64,000 bases of DNA from IMG/VR virus record IMGVR_UViG_3300028048_003162. One strand, written 5' to 3'. Each line of letters starts with the position of its first letter. Position 1 is the first letter of the stretch. Positions 1 through 10,449 of the stretch are shown piece by piece. A program made the position numbers and the translations under genes. The notes beneath the pieces are model-generated. The model was not told the origin of the DNA and did no database searches. It was given only the letters and a program-made list of their open reading frames with translations. This DNA comes from an uncultured virus (IMG/VR IMGVR_UViG_3300028048_003162). Taxonomy: Duplodnaviria > Heunggongvirae > Uroviricota > Caudoviricetes.

Positions 1-978
1 ATGGCATTCATTAAGAGAAAAGGCATGGATAGAAATGATGGAGTGTACAGGGGAGAGGTTGAGGAGCCTTTAGTTACATGGAAAGACATTAGAAGAGGTA
101 TTAGAAAAGCAATAGTATTATGTCTATGTATAGTTAGTTTGGTTGGCATGGTCTGGTGGAATGGGAGAGACACAGTAAATGCAAGTTATATACAAAGTAA
201 GATAAATAAGAGCATGAAATTAGTAAATACAGACGAGGGCAATGGAAATAATGTACAGTTAGTAATAAATGGTGGTGGCATTGGTTTCCCTATGACAGTA
301 AAGGAAATGGGGAAGGCTATACAGTTAAAGACAGTGGAGGACACAGTAAGTAAAGAGACTAACAAGTTGAATCCTCATAATGAGTCAGGGTTTAAGGAGC
401 AGGAGTTAGTAAAGGATATAGACTTCAAATATAAGGCAATAAACCTTGGAGATAATGTTGAAGGCATTGGAAAGTGCTTAGTTAGCAATGTTAAGATTAA
501 ATGTAAAGATACAGTAGAGGCACAGAATATAAATAAGATAGACTATGATAAAGTAAGATTAAACATTAACAATGGAAGTATAAAACTTGGTGAATCAGTT
601 GAGGACATATTAAAAGAGTTAGGTAAGCAGGGATATAGTTTCTATTGTGCATCTAGACAGAGTGTGAATCTCATAAATGTTTATACAAATCAGCAGTTCA
701 TGGATATGCCAAACACGTTAATGATTACAGATGGCAATGTTAAAAAATGGCACATTGAAATTCAGATGTATGACAAGGCAAATGAGAATAATGCATTTGG
801 AGAATGTAAGTATTTACCTGATTTAATGAAAGGTACAAATGGAATTGAGATAAGACATAAAGCAGTTAAGCTTGTAGGAAACAGTGTAAATGGTTTGTAT
901 GACATAGAGGTCGAATATGAGACCATTAACAAAAATACAATAGCTTATAATAAAATTAAGGAGATGCATAACTGGTAA
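1..978 (+). CDS. Hypothetical protein with single N-terminal TM anchor
   Basis: 325-aa ORF; hydrophobic segment AIVLCLCIVSLVGMVWW after basic residues. Confidence 0.75.
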   Translation: MAFIKRKGMDRNDGVYRGEVEEPLVTWKDIRRGIRKAIVLCLCIVSLVGMVWWNGRDTVNASYIQSKINKSMKLVNTDEGNGNNVQLVINGGGIGFPMTVKEMGKAIQLKTVEDTVSKETNKLNPHNESGFKEQELVKDIDFKYKAINLGDNVEGIGKCLVSNVKIKCKDTVEAQNINKIDYDKVRLNINNGSIKLGESVEDILKELGKQGYSFYCASRQSVNLINVYTNQQFMDMPNTLMITDGNVKKWHIEIQMYDKANENNAFGECKYLPDLMKGTNGIEIRHKAVKLVGNSVNGLYDIEVEYETINKNTIAYNKIKEMHNW

Positions 979-1028
979 TAAAATGATAGTAAGTTGGATA
1001 TAATAAATAAAAAGGAGACTTAACGAAC

Positions 1029-1259
1029 ATGAAGAAAAAATTAAGGGCAGTGCTGGAAAGGTTTGGACAAAATCAATCTGATCTAGCAGAGCTGTTAGGA
1101 CTGACATATCAGTCAGTTAGTATTAAGATCAATGGTAAAAAAGATTGGACACAATCAGAAATGTTTAAGATCATACATTGTTATGGATTAACACCAGATG
1201 AAGCAATGGACATTTTCTTTAATGAAAGGGACTGGTTAGGTTTAGATGATGAAAAATAG
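1029..1259 (+). CDS. Cro/XRE-family helix-turn-helix protein
   Basis: QNQSDLAELLGLTYQSVSIKINGKKDWTQSEMFKI is a typical Cro/XRE HTH pattern; AAGGAG RBS upstream. Confidence 0.85.
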   Translation: MKKKLRAVLERFGQNQSDLAELLGLTYQSVSIKINGKKDWTQSEMFKIIHCYGLTPDEAMDIFFNERDWLGLDDEK

Positions 1260-1956
1260 CAAGAGCAATGACAAGGCAGAGAATAGCAAAGGCAAAACAG
1301 AGAGTGGCAAGGATAAGCACAAAGTTAAAGAGAAGCGTGCTAGACTGCTGGAGTTGACAGACAGTGAGGTTGAAGACTTAATAAGGCATACAAGATTGGT
1401 TATGCAATTTGAAGATGGCACTGCTAAATCAGAAATGCTTGGTGATATGATAGAGCTGACACATACAGAAATGCTGGGCGACAAGTTGAAAAAAGCAAAT
1501 ACACATAAGGGTCAGATAGAGTTCAACAAGGCGATGGATGGTATGGTTGAGGCTTATGAGAGAGATGTCATTCATAAAAAGGTGTTACACTTGATTACAA
1601 TACCTGAAGAAACAAGAACTAGCATGAGTGATGAAGAAGCAGCACAGTTGTTTAGTAGTAATAAGCAGGAGGTTGTAGATTTAAGACAGGTACCTGCAAA
1701 AAGAATTCATTTCTTTGTTGGTGATTATGAGGTTGATTTTACATTGAGTATATTAGATGTAAACATAATAGGTCAAGTAATCGTCAGGGTGTTTATGTTT
1801 GGTTTATTTGTTGAGGTTACAAGAGCAATGGAGTTGTTCAACACAACAACAATGGCTATATACTTAGGTTTACAAATATTAGCTTATCTAGGAATAATTA
1901 AGCTGGTACAAAGAATAATAGAAATTGGAGGAACACAGGATTGGATGCAAAAGTGA
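1246..1956 (+). CDS. Hypothetical membrane protein (two C-terminal TM segments)
   Basis: 236-aa ORF overlapping its neighbours; two hydrophobic helices at the C-terminus. Confidence 0.7.
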   Translation: MMKNSKSNDKAENSKGKTESGKDKHKVKEKRARLLELTDSEVEDLIRHTRLVMQFEDGTAKSEMLGDMIELTHTEMLGDKLKKANTHKGQIEFNKAMDGMVEAYERDVIHKKVLHLITIPEETRTSMSDEEAAQLFSSNKQEVVDLRQVPAKRIHFFVGDYEVDFTLSILDVNIIGQVIVRVFMFGLFVEVTRAMELFNTTTMAIYLGLQILAYLGIIKLVQRIIEIGGTQDWMQK

Positions 1957-2588
1957 TTTTACTAAAAACTATAGACAATGTACAAGTGGTGTATTACAGG
2001 GTATTGAATTTAGATACATTTGAGACAATGGATATACCTGCATACAGAATAATGGATGAGATTGTTAATAATGGACTTAACATTGTAAATGTGACTTGTA
2101 CAAATAATCAGTTACATATTATAAATGAGGATGGATACAATAGTATTGAAGATGTAATCACTACTGATGAGTTTGACAGCTCTGTAAAGAGTTTATATGA
2201 CTGGGCAGTTGATAACAATGACATTGGTTCAGATATGTTAAGCAGTTATGACACGGAGAAAAATAGGTCAACACCTAGTAAAATAGAGATATGCAGCAAT
2301 AAAGAGTTAGCTTGGACATGTAAAAACGGTCACACAGTCTATTGTGATTTTGCTACATACTTTAGTTTAGGTTGTAAATGTCCTTTATGTGAAGCAAAGA
2401 AAACAAAAGATACCATTTCCCTTAAAAAATGGGCAGTGATGACAAAGAATAAAAACATATTAAATGATTATGAATCATCTGATAAAAATAAACTTAACAG
2501 TGATGAGATTGAGTGGAACTCAAAGAAGATGATTTGGATGGGAGAAGAGCATAAGAAATTATGTGAATTTACATCAGGGAAAAGATAA
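1941..2588 (+). CDS. Protein with DUF4379-type zinc-ribbon domain
   Basis: SNKELAWTCKNGHTVY...CKCPLC matches the W-x-C-x2-GH...CPxC pattern; TTG start with GGAGG upstream. Confidence 0.7.
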   Translation: MDAKVILLKTIDNVQVVYYRVLNLDTFETMDIPAYRIMDEIVNNGLNIVNVTCTNNQLHIINEDGYNSIEDVITTDEFDSSVKSLYDWAVDNNDIGSDMLSSYDTEKNRSTPSKIEICSNKELAWTCKNGHTVYCDFATYFSLGCKCPLCEAKKTKDTISLKKWAVMTKNKNILNDYESSDKNKLNSDEIEWNSKKMIWMGEEHKKLCEFTSGKR

Positions 2589-2615
2589 AACATAGTAGGA
2601 AAGTTGAAATAAAGA

Positions 2616-3248
2616 GTGAGAGATATGGAAAACAACATTCAGGAAATTGAAGAGAACAATATAAGTGATGCTGAAGCATTGTTTAATATGCTGGGTATTG
2701 ACTCAATAATCAGACTAAGTAGCGAGTTATATCTTATGGGAGAGTTCTTTGACATTAACTCATTTGAAAATGACAGGCAGAGAAAAATGGAAGGCCTGAA
2801 AAGAGCAATGTTTAAGCATGGAAACACAATAGGGGATGTGAATAGTGGAGATAGGATACTTGGTTATAGAGGTAATTACTTCAGGGTAATAGATAGTGAT
2901 GGCTGTATATTATTTGATGAATACATAACAATTACTGGAGAGATTTGGAATACAGACAAACCTGAATATGTGTTTGCATTGAGAGATTACAAAGTGGCAA
3001 ATAAGTTTGATAGTTTCTTCTGTAGTGATGCTAAGATGCTTGATGGATTGATCTATTATGATGGAAAAGACACATATACAAATTGTTTGGAACTTAAGGA
3101 TAAATACAAATACATGGAAAATTTGAAATTGGAGAGGGTAGTTGGAAGTAGTTACACATTAGATGTAGGAAACAACGTGTATAGTTCATATGAACTATCA
3201 TCTATAAATAATGTGTTTGGATTTAACAGAGTAGGAGATAGAACATAA
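2616..3248 (+). CDS. Hypothetical protein
   Basis: 210-aa ORF in the co-oriented run; no motif recognised. Confidence 0.7.
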   Translation: MRDMENNIQEIEENNISDAEALFNMLGIDSIIRLSSELYLMGEFFDINSFENDRQRKMEGLKRAMFKHGNTIGDVNSGDRILGYRGNYFRVIDSDGCILFDEYITITGEIWNTDKPEYVFALRDYKVANKFDSFFCSDAKMLDGLIYYDGKDTYTNCLELKDKYKYMENLKLERVVGSSYTLDVGNNVYSSYELSSINNVFGFNRVGDRT

Positions 3249-4027
3249 TGAATGAAAAGATACTTAAAAACAAAAGTAAGTTGCTATTTGGTTTAGTGAT
3301 TATCTGCAGTTTAATTACTTGTATAGTTGAGTTTTTAACTACTAAAAACATGAAAATGGTTTGTATAATCACAGAAACATTGGTTTATACATTTCAAATT
3401 TATTCATACATAACATTGTTAAATAAGCCTGTGGTTACAGTGGGGTTGCTTACATTAACTCAGGCAATGTCAGTATTAAATTCTTTAGCTTATGGAAATT
3501 CATTTAACTTAGCACTAGTTAATAATGGAACAATCTTAATAATTTCAATGATTGCATTGATTATTCAGATTTCATTAGCAAAGAAACAGATACTTAAGGA
3601 TAAGGGAGAGGATCATAGATTAAATATAAAAGATTACATAAATTTTAAGCGGGCACCCCTTAAGGTAGGGGTTGTACCTCAAGTAATCATCTGGTCAATG
3701 TTTGTAACATTGATAGCATCAGTTGAAAATGGTACAGTAATGAATACATTAAGTACTGATGTGAAATCAAGGTTGTTTGCAGCATTATCACTGGTTCTTC
3801 CTGTAGTACTTATTTTAATGTTGTTGACAACATCAGTAATGTCTTATGAGTTCCTGGTAGTTTATATGCTAGCTCATTTGTATGTGATTTATACATTATT
3901 TGTAATACATCAGTTAAATGTTTCAACAGTAATGTTTGTAGTATTGCAGGATGTAACAATTGTTTATTCAGTTATAGGATATATAAAGCATAAAAGGATG
4001 GTAAAAGGAAATGGTAAAAAGAATTAA
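3248..4027 (+). CDS. Polytopic membrane protein (about 7-8 TM)
   Basis: Multiple hydrophobic helices; TAATG stop/start overlap with the upstream gene. Confidence 0.75.
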   Translation: MNEKILKNKSKLLFGLVIICSLITCIVEFLTTKNMKMVCIITETLVYTFQIYSYITLLNKPVVTVGLLTLTQAMSVLNSLAYGNSFNLALVNNGTILIISMIALIIQISLAKKQILKDKGEDHRLNIKDYINFKRAPLKVGVVPQVIIWSMFVTLIASVENGTVMNTLSTDVKSRLFAALSLVLPVVLILMLLTTSVMSYEFLVVYMLAHLYVIYTLFVIHQLNVSTVMFVVLQDVTIVYSVIGYIKHKRMVKGNGKKN

Positions 4028-5078
4028 AGAGGCATTGATAATTTTGATAGTACTTCTGGGAATCATTTATAAGGTAAGTACAATACCTGAAATAATGATT
4101 TATAACAGTAGTAAAACAGGAGAGTACATTGGAAATGTTTTGAATGTATCAAATGATTCAGAAAATAACTTACAATGTGAAATGAAAAGCATTGCAGTTA
4201 AGTCACACATTGATGATAAGTATATACAGTTCAATAATTCAAGTGTGGCATGGTTAGATAAAGTAGACAGTAAGAAAGATACATATAAAATTGATGGAAA
4301 GACATATGAGATTTCAAAGGATTTACAGCTAGGAAGTTGTTTAATCAGTAGTGATTTTGTTTATGAGCAATATGTTAATAAAGAAAGTACAGCTGGTAAA
4401 GAATTGATACTTGGAAGTTTAAGTAAATGCAGTGATGTAAATACTTTAGATCTTAAGAAAAAAGGAGATAGGTACTTAGGATATGATAGCTTGCTAGCAG
4501 CTAAAGGTTGTTTGAACACTTATGGAAAATTGGAGTTGTATTTAAGAGAGTCAGTTGCAGGTGGTGGGGTTAGCAATAGTAATTTGAAAGATGCAAGTTC
4601 AGAAATAGAATCAAGCATGGTAACATGTGAAAACAGCATTGGAAGTACAGAGGAAAACACAATAGAATTAGAAGAACTTGGAAATTTGAAAATAAGCAGT
4701 GACAATGAAATTGTTTATTCAAATGAGACAGGTTTAATAGAGATAAGAGACAAGGAAACAGGAAAAGATTCATTAGTAATTGGAAGCATTAACAACTTAG
4801 TTGACATGACAACATTGGTTGAAACAGATAATAGCAATGTGTTTGTAAGCACAAGCAATAAGAAAGTAATAGTAGTTATTAGAAATAATAAGGTGTATGC
4901 TTTTAGATTTGAGGGTACACAAGGAAAAGAGTTAATTAAAACATTGGGAATTGATGTTGATGCATTGAAAGTTAAGAAAATACAGCAATTTGTTGAAGTT
5001 GAAAACACTGGAGAAGTAAATGATGGCTTGGGTGATGGTTTGAGTGAAGTTGAGGAGGGCACCAATGAAAACAAGTAG
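4011..5078 (+). CDS. Hypothetical membrane-anchored exported protein
   Basis: N-terminal ALIILIVLLGIIY anchor followed by a soluble domain. Confidence 0.75.
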   Translation: MVKRIKEALIILIVLLGIIYKVSTIPEIMIYNSSKTGEYIGNVLNVSNDSENNLQCEMKSIAVKSHIDDKYIQFNNSSVAWLDKVDSKKDTYKIDGKTYEISKDLQLGSCLISSDFVYEQYVNKESTAGKELILGSLSKCSDVNTLDLKKKGDRYLGYDSLLAAKGCLNTYGKLELYLRESVAGGGVSNSNLKDASSEIESSMVTCENSIGSTEENTIELEELGNLKISSDNEIVYSNETGLIEIRDKETGKDSLVIGSINNLVDMTTLVETDNSNVFVSTSNKKVIVVIRNNKVYAFRFEGTQGKELIKTLGIDVDALKVKKIQQFVEVENTGEVNDGLGDGLSEVEEGTNENK

Positions 5079-5985
5079 GACACAAAGAAAATGGATAGGT
5101 GCTCTGATGGGATTCAATGAAAACAGTGTGTTTGTTAACAATGCAGAAGCATTTAATGATAGAGCAGAATTGTTTAATGTTAAATACAATACAGATAAAC
5201 TGATAGAACAGTATAATTCGGAGATGAGCACTTTTGAGAGTGAAAAAGATTATGATAAGTACTTGGAAAATTGCATAGAGATCTTAAGATATGACATTGA
5301 GAGCAAGATAAGTATATGTAAAAATTTAATTTTAAGTATTAAGTTGATTAGATTTGATGCATATGATAAAAGAATTGAACAGTTAGAAAAGATAGGAATG
5401 GCAAGGATAGGAGAGACAGAGACAAGAGTTTATTTTGAGTCACCAGTATATGAGACAATTAAATACATTTGTAATGGAATGTTTACATTTCATAAGTATT
5501 TAGGAGAATATGTATTGGATGCAACAGGCAGTAAGTTTTTAAGTAATATGTTAGATATAAGACTTGAGAGGCTAGGAGTAAGACATGATAATGTAAAATA
5601 TATACAGTATAGTATGAAAGAGTTAAGCATGTATATGTATGGTTTAATACATAGAGATTTCAAGTTAAAAAGAGTTGGAAATTCTGAAATTACATTATAT
5701 AGAGGAAATCATCCTTCAATACTTTGTTCAAGTATTATATATGACATATTAGAAAAAGCAAGTATTCAAAATGTAGTTGTTGATACATATGAAATTAAAG
5801 AGAATGCAGGTAGGAAAGTAAAGAGTAGCAAGTTAAATGATGTTTATGACCTAGTTAAAGATGGTGATACATTAGATAATATCAAGTACTTAAGAGAAAT
5901 TAGAGGGGAGCAGCTAAGTAAGTATGATGGTTACTTTAATTGCTATGGAGTAGAGACATATATGGATATACAGTGTAGCGATTAG
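5065..5985 (+). CDS. Hypothetical protein
   Basis: Start moved to ATG 5065 because GAGGAGG lies directly upstream. Confidence 0.7.
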   Translation: MKTSRTQRKWIGALMGFNENSVFVNNAEAFNDRAELFNVKYNTDKLIEQYNSEMSTFESEKDYDKYLENCIEILRYDIESKISICKNLILSIKLIRFDAYDKRIEQLEKIGMARIGETETRVYFESPVYETIKYICNGMFTFHKYLGEYVLDATGSKFLSNMLDIRLERLGVRHDNVKYIQYSMKELSMYMYGLIHRDFKLKRVGNSEITLYRGNHPSILCSSIIYDILEKASIQNVVVDTYEIKENAGRKVKSSKLNDVYDLVKDGDTLDNIKYLREIRGEQLSKYDGYFNCYGVETYMDIQCSD

Positions 5986-6181
5986 CATTGTTTCAAAATA
6001 TAAAAATTTTTGAAAATTATAAGCATTGGATTAAAAATGGTGCGGACATTCAGAGGACATATAATAAAAATCACCAACATTTTATAAGTGAAAAATTAAG
6101 GGTGATAAAAGAGAAGTAAAGAAAGAGGTTTTCAGAAACTTTTGAAAAGTATGTAAATACAGTGGTCATTCGGAGGTAGAC

Positions 6182-6778
6182 ATGGAAGAGGATAAAGTGT
6201 TTAAAGTAAGTAATACATCATCTTTAGTCATTCATAATGGAAAGATATACATTAAAGATACAGAGAGCAAGGTAAATGTGGTTACTATCACTCCTGGTTT
6301 TCAAATAAGCTTTGGATATAATATAGAGATTATTATTCAAGCACTGAAATTAACAAGATTACCTATAATGGTTAAGTTAATCACTGATATGAATGGGATT
6401 CAGCAATATCAAATAATTAGGATGCATACAGGAAATGTAGATGATAAGGTAATTGCAACTGTTGCATGCGCTGGAAATTGTATTAAAGCAGTAAGTTTTA
6501 ATAAAGCATTGTTAACTGATGATGAATACAAGAGATACAATAGATTATCATTGATACATCAGGTAAGTTTACAGTATGATTTAACAAAGACAAAATACAG
6601 TTGCAGGAAAAGTCAGGTAATCACAGTATTCTATATGGTGATTGGACTTAAGGGATATGAAGAAAGCATTGAGGTACATGAGGAAGGTACAAGATTAGAA
6701 GTGTTTATACATAATATAAGGTATAAATTCATCAAAACTGTTGATAGGTTTGAAATGCTTAGCATTACAAAAATGTAA
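6182..6778 (+). CDS. Hypothetical protein
   Basis: GGAGGT RBS; 198 aa. Confidence 0.75.
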   Translation: MEEDKVFKVSNTSSLVIHNGKIYIKDTESKVNVVTITPGFQISFGYNIEIIIQALKLTRLPIMVKLITDMNGIQQYQIIRMHTGNVDDKVIATVACAGNCIKAVSFNKALLTDDEYKRYNRLSLIHQVSLQYDLTKTKYSCRKSQVITVFYMVIGLKGYEESIEVHEEGTRLEVFIHNIRYKFIKTVDRFEMLSITKM

Positions 6779-6816
6779 GAACATTAAAAAAGAAAAGGAA
6801 AGAGAGAATAAGAGGC

Positions 6817-7284
6817 ATGAGTATTGGAATTAACATTACAGATGATGCAAGAATTGAATTAGGAGACAGCAGAGATAAATTGATTAAACTTTTAGATGGA
6901 GTTAAGTACTCTATACCTTATGATAAGGAAGATGAAAATGGAGTGAAATCAACACTAGTGCAGTTAGATGATCTTGGTATGGGAATTCAGTTAACACAGG
7001 ATAAAGTTACATACATTAGGTCAGATAATAACAAGTACAGTAATGTGGATAACATTCAGGATATTAAGAAAGACCCTATAAATGATGTGAAACGCATTAC
7101 AAGTTTATTAGAGGAAAAATTTACACCAGAGAGGTCTGCAATTAAAATTGAGAATCTGAATATCAGTACTATGCAACTAGCAGTGGTGATTACATATAAG
7201 GCACAGCAGGCAAGAGCAGTAGTTCAAAGAGATGCATTTGGTGATGTATATGTTAACACATTAAGGTCAGTAAATGGTAAGTAG
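6817..7284 (+). CDS. Hypothetical protein
   Basis: 155-aa ORF in the co-oriented run. Confidence 0.7.
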   Translation: MSIGINITDDARIELGDSRDKLIKLLDGVKYSIPYDKEDENGVKSTLVQLDDLGMGIQLTQDKVTYIRSDNNKYSNVDNIQDIKKDPINDVKRITSLLEEKFTPERSAIKIENLNISTMQLAVVITYKAQQARAVVQRDAFGDVYVNTLRSVNGK

Positions 7285-7333
7285 GGAGTAAGTTAGGACA
7301 TTTGTAAAAGCAAAAGGAGCAGGTTTATAAACT

Positions 7334-8821
7334 ATGGATGCAAGCAGTAAAAAGATAGAGTTTTTCAAAAATAAAATAAGGCAAAGACTAAAAGAGTTGT
7401 GTCCATACATGTCAGACGTTAAATATAGATTATATAACTCTATGATTAACGATTGTCAGTCTCTTGATGATATAAGAGAAATGGCAGAACTTGATATGCA
7501 GTTTAGCATGATTAAATACGTGCAGGAACTTGATGATAAGCTTAAAAAGAGTGATACAAACATTGATGAGTTAGAGGCAGTTACAAGTCAGAATAATAGA
7601 GCAGCTAAATTAGCTGTAATAGCACCTAAGAAAGAGAGAAATGCTAAGCAATATGATGATGTTGACTTAACAAATATAGTAGATGACTTAGATGATCCTG
7701 AAATACTCAATACACAAGCAGACTTGCTAATGGCAAGGATGGCTGCTGAGAAATTATCAGGATACACAGAAGACGATGAAGAGGACAATGAGGATGACGA
7801 ACTCTACGATGAAATGTTTGTAGACTCAGAAGAGGATGAAGATACAGAAGATACAGAAGATAGTGACATTTCAGAGTATGAAAATTACATAGAAGATGAT
7901 GAAACTGACATAAATAGTAAAGAAGATAACACTAATAGTAGTGATGAGGACTTTATAGATTTTGGAGATAGCTCTGAAAGTGAAGATGATACAGAAGAAG
8001 AATTAGAAGAATCAGATGATGATTTGATTGATGACATGTTCGATGATGAGGATGACACGTTAAGTGATGAAGAGGACAGTGAGGATGAGGAAGAATCAGA
8101 TGAAGATCTACTTGACGAAATGTTCGACGACTCAGAGGATGAAGATGACAGCAATGAGGAATATGGTGATACAGAAGAGACAGATGATGGGTTACTGGAT
8201 GATATGTTTGACGACTCTGAAGAAGATGAAGAGGACAGTGAGGACGAAGAAGAATCAGATGACGAGTTATTAGAGGACATGTTTGCAGATGATGAGGAAG
8301 AAGAGCAAGACACTGACGAGGAAGAGGAGTCAGATGATGATTTGATTGATGACATGTTCGACGATGAAGACGACATAGCAGATGAAGATGACAGCAGTGA
8401 GAATGAGGAAGAGACAGATGATGAATTACTAGACGACATGTTCGATGATGAGGATGATAATTATAGTAAGGATGAGGACAGTGAAAATGAAGATAATGAT
8501 GATGATTTAGATAATATAAACTTAGATGATATATTTGGCGACGAAGAGGAAGATGATAATGACTTTGACATAAATGAAGAGGATCTTGGATATACAAGTG
8601 ATAACAGTGGAGATTCATTTGACGACTTCTTCAAAGATTGTGACACTAAAACTAGTAAAAAAGCAGTAAAAAGAGAGTTAACACCTAATAAGGTTTTCAT
8701 AAATGGCACTTCTAAGGGCACACAGACACAGCAAATGTTTAGCTTAATACTGAATGTAGTCAAGGGTGTGGACAAAACATCTCAAAAGATGTATAATGGT
8801 ATTAGAAGGAAGATTAAATAG
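7334..8821 (+). CDS. Extremely acidic protein with repeated LLDDMF motifs
   Basis: Central D/E-rich tract flanked by helical N-terminal and basic C-terminal segments; AAGGAG RBS. Confidence 0.8.
   Translation: MDASSKKIEFFKNKIRQRLKELCPYMSDVKYRLYNSMINDCQSLDDIREMAELDMQFSMIKYVQELDDKLKKSDTNIDELEAVTSQNNRAAKLAVIAPKKERNAKQYDDVDLTNIVDDLDDPEILNTQADLLMARMAAEKLSGYTEDDEEDNEDDELYDEMFVDSEEDEDTEDTEDSDISEYENYIEDDETDINSKEDNTNSSDEDFIDFGDSSESEDDTEEELEESDDDLIDDMFDDEDDTLSDEEDSEDEEESDEDLLDEMFDDSEDEDDSNEEYGDTEETDDGLLDDMFDDSEEDEEDSEDEEESDDELLEDMFADDEEEEQDTDEEEESDDDLIDDMFDDEDDIADEDDSSENEEETDDELLDDMFDDEDDNYSKDEDSENEDNDDDLDNINLDDIFGDEEEDDNDFDINEEDLGYTSDNSGDSFDDFFKDCDTKTSKKAVKRELTPNKVFINGTSKGTQTQQMFSLILNVVKGVDKTSQKMYNGIRRKIK
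7790..8465 (+). repeat. Degenerate coding tandem repeat (EESDDDLIDDMFDDEDD-like units)
   Basis: Seven copies of [DEG]-L-[LIY]-[DE]-[DE]-M-F; near-identical DNA gatgatttgattgatgacatgttcga at about 8018 and 8336. Confidence 0.85.
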
Positions 8822-8851
8822 GACTCACACTTAAATGGAGGTAGCAGTAAG

Positions 8852-9292
8852 TTGGGTGATAGGACAGATGAAAAGATAATGTACATATATAGAGGAAAGT
8901 TAACAACATTAAGTGTGAAACTGGAGTTTTATATTGATAATGAAATACCAATATATTCTTCACAAGATACAAATGATATTTCTCTAATAGAACTTAAAAA
9001 TAATGAAATGATTGTGATTGTTTCAAAGGATGCATTAGATAAATTAGGACACAAGCATATTGAATTATGTGTGTGGCATAGATTGATAAGCAGTGTTTAT
9101 AAAAATGTTTATTATGCTGATATGTGTGTGGCATATTGGTATGGATTTAGCAACACAATATCAGTAATAGACAATAAAGACAGAGAGAAAAGACTTGAGG
9201 ACTTGCTGGTAAGTAATAAGGAAGTAAGTGTACCTATTAAGTCTGACATTCTTAGTAAATTAAAATTCATAGAGATTGGAGAAATAGCATGA
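8852..9292 (+). CDS. Hypothetical protein, possibly a degenerate zincin/M48-like fold
   Basis: IVIVSKDALDKL...ELCVWHRL...YADMCVAYWYG resembles M48 spacing but has no HExxH; weak. Confidence 0.55.
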   Translation: MGDRTDEKIMYIYRGKLTTLSVKLEFYIDNEIPIYSSQDTNDISLIELKNNEMIVIVSKDALDKLGHKHIELCVWHRLISSVYKNVYYADMCVAYWYGFSNTISVIDNKDREKRLEDLLVSNKEVSVPIKSDILSKLKFIEIGEIA

Positions 9293-10431
9293 GGAAATTA
9301 GTAAATGGCAAAGTAATAGAAATTGCTAACATGAAATTATTTGAATTAGCAGCTGAGGGTTTAGCATTGCAAAATACAGCAGTGAGTAATACATCTGAGG
9401 GTATAGAGGCAAGCATAAACTCACCTTTAGTACATAAGTACATTAAGCAGTATGACATATTCTTTAAGTCAATGCCTTATCCATTATATGCTATTGAGGC
9501 AGATATTAAATACGCTACACTTGGTAGTTTCATTAAAACATTGGCAAAAGAGAAAATAGAATTATGGGTACATAATGGGTTAAACATTAAGCTTGATGCT
9601 AAAACAGGTATGACATTAAATGTGGTAAATAATACATGGAGTATTGTTTATGATACAAATGAACATGAAGACAACACTACATTGGAATTATATACAGATG
9701 CAGTAGGCTACAAGGAATATGCATGGATATTAAAAAAGATAGTAAATAAAGAGAATACAGCTAATTTTTATGCAGAGTTCATGCCAGATTTTGTAAAGGC
9801 ATGTAATAATCAGGCTGTGGTACTTAAGTGGGAACTTGAGAACATTCTCACATTTGGGTCAATACCTCAGAAAATGCAATTCAAACATGATAAAATAATC
9901 AATCCTCAAGCAAATGAAGAGTATACACTGGATATATTTTTCAATGGTACAGTAGAGACAGATGAAAAGGTACAGACTTGGTCTTTCGTAGGTAATGGCA
10001 TGGGTTCAGGTACAAGGTATAAGACAATTAAGACATACGGGTTTGATGTTTATGCTAAAGTATTAGATGATAATGATGGTCCTACAACTAAGATGGAGCC
10101 TAAGAAAATAAATGGTATGCATAATCTGTTTATGGAGTTATGTGGACTGAAAAATGCTAAGGAAATGAGTACCTTCCCTGAATTTGAGGGTATCATATTT
10201 GATACAAATTTAGTCTTTACAATTGATAGAAGATTATTTGTGGCTAAAAGTAATAGACTTGTGAAACCTGTAGATGTTGCACATGGTGTAGAGTTGTATG
10301 CAGTAGACAAAGGCAAGGTTTATTTTGTTAAGTCTAAAAAAGTAAATGAGAGGATCAGTAAAGATAGTTTGTATAGTTATAATATTACAGATGGTACAGT
10401 TAGGCTTTGTAAGATAATCTTTAGCTATTAG
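9289..10431 (+). CDS. Hypothetical protein
   Basis: 380-aa ORF; ATGA overlap with the upstream gene. Confidence 0.75.
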   Translation: MRKLVNGKVIEIANMKLFELAAEGLALQNTAVSNTSEGIEASINSPLVHKYIKQYDIFFKSMPYPLYAIEADIKYATLGSFIKTLAKEKIELWVHNGLNIKLDAKTGMTLNVVNNTWSIVYDTNEHEDNTTLELYTDAVGYKEYAWILKKIVNKENTANFYAEFMPDFVKACNNQAVVLKWELENILTFGSIPQKMQFKHDKIINPQANEEYTLDIFFNGTVETDEKVQTWSFVGNGMGSGTRYKTIKTYGFDVYAKVLDDNDGPTTKMEPKKINGMHNLFMELCGLKNAKEMSTFPEFEGIIFDTNLVFTIDRRLFVAKSNRLVKPVDVAHGVELYAVDKGKVYFVKSKKVNERISKDSLYSYNITDGTVRLCKIIFSY

Positions 10432-10449
10432 AGAGGAAATTGAAAAAAT

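Noticed and set aside
7790..8465. Regularly spaced repeats as a possible CRISPR array
   Set aside because: The repeats are degenerate, in frame, vary at synonymous positions and lie inside a CDS; no cas genes seen.
7588..8775. Minus-strand Ser-rich and His/Leu-rich ORFs (7885..8439, 7953..8618 and others)
   Set aside because: Antisense shadows of the GAT/GAA-rich acidic gene; no RBS. The same applies to similar ORFs opposite 11445, 28065, 34781 and 37273.
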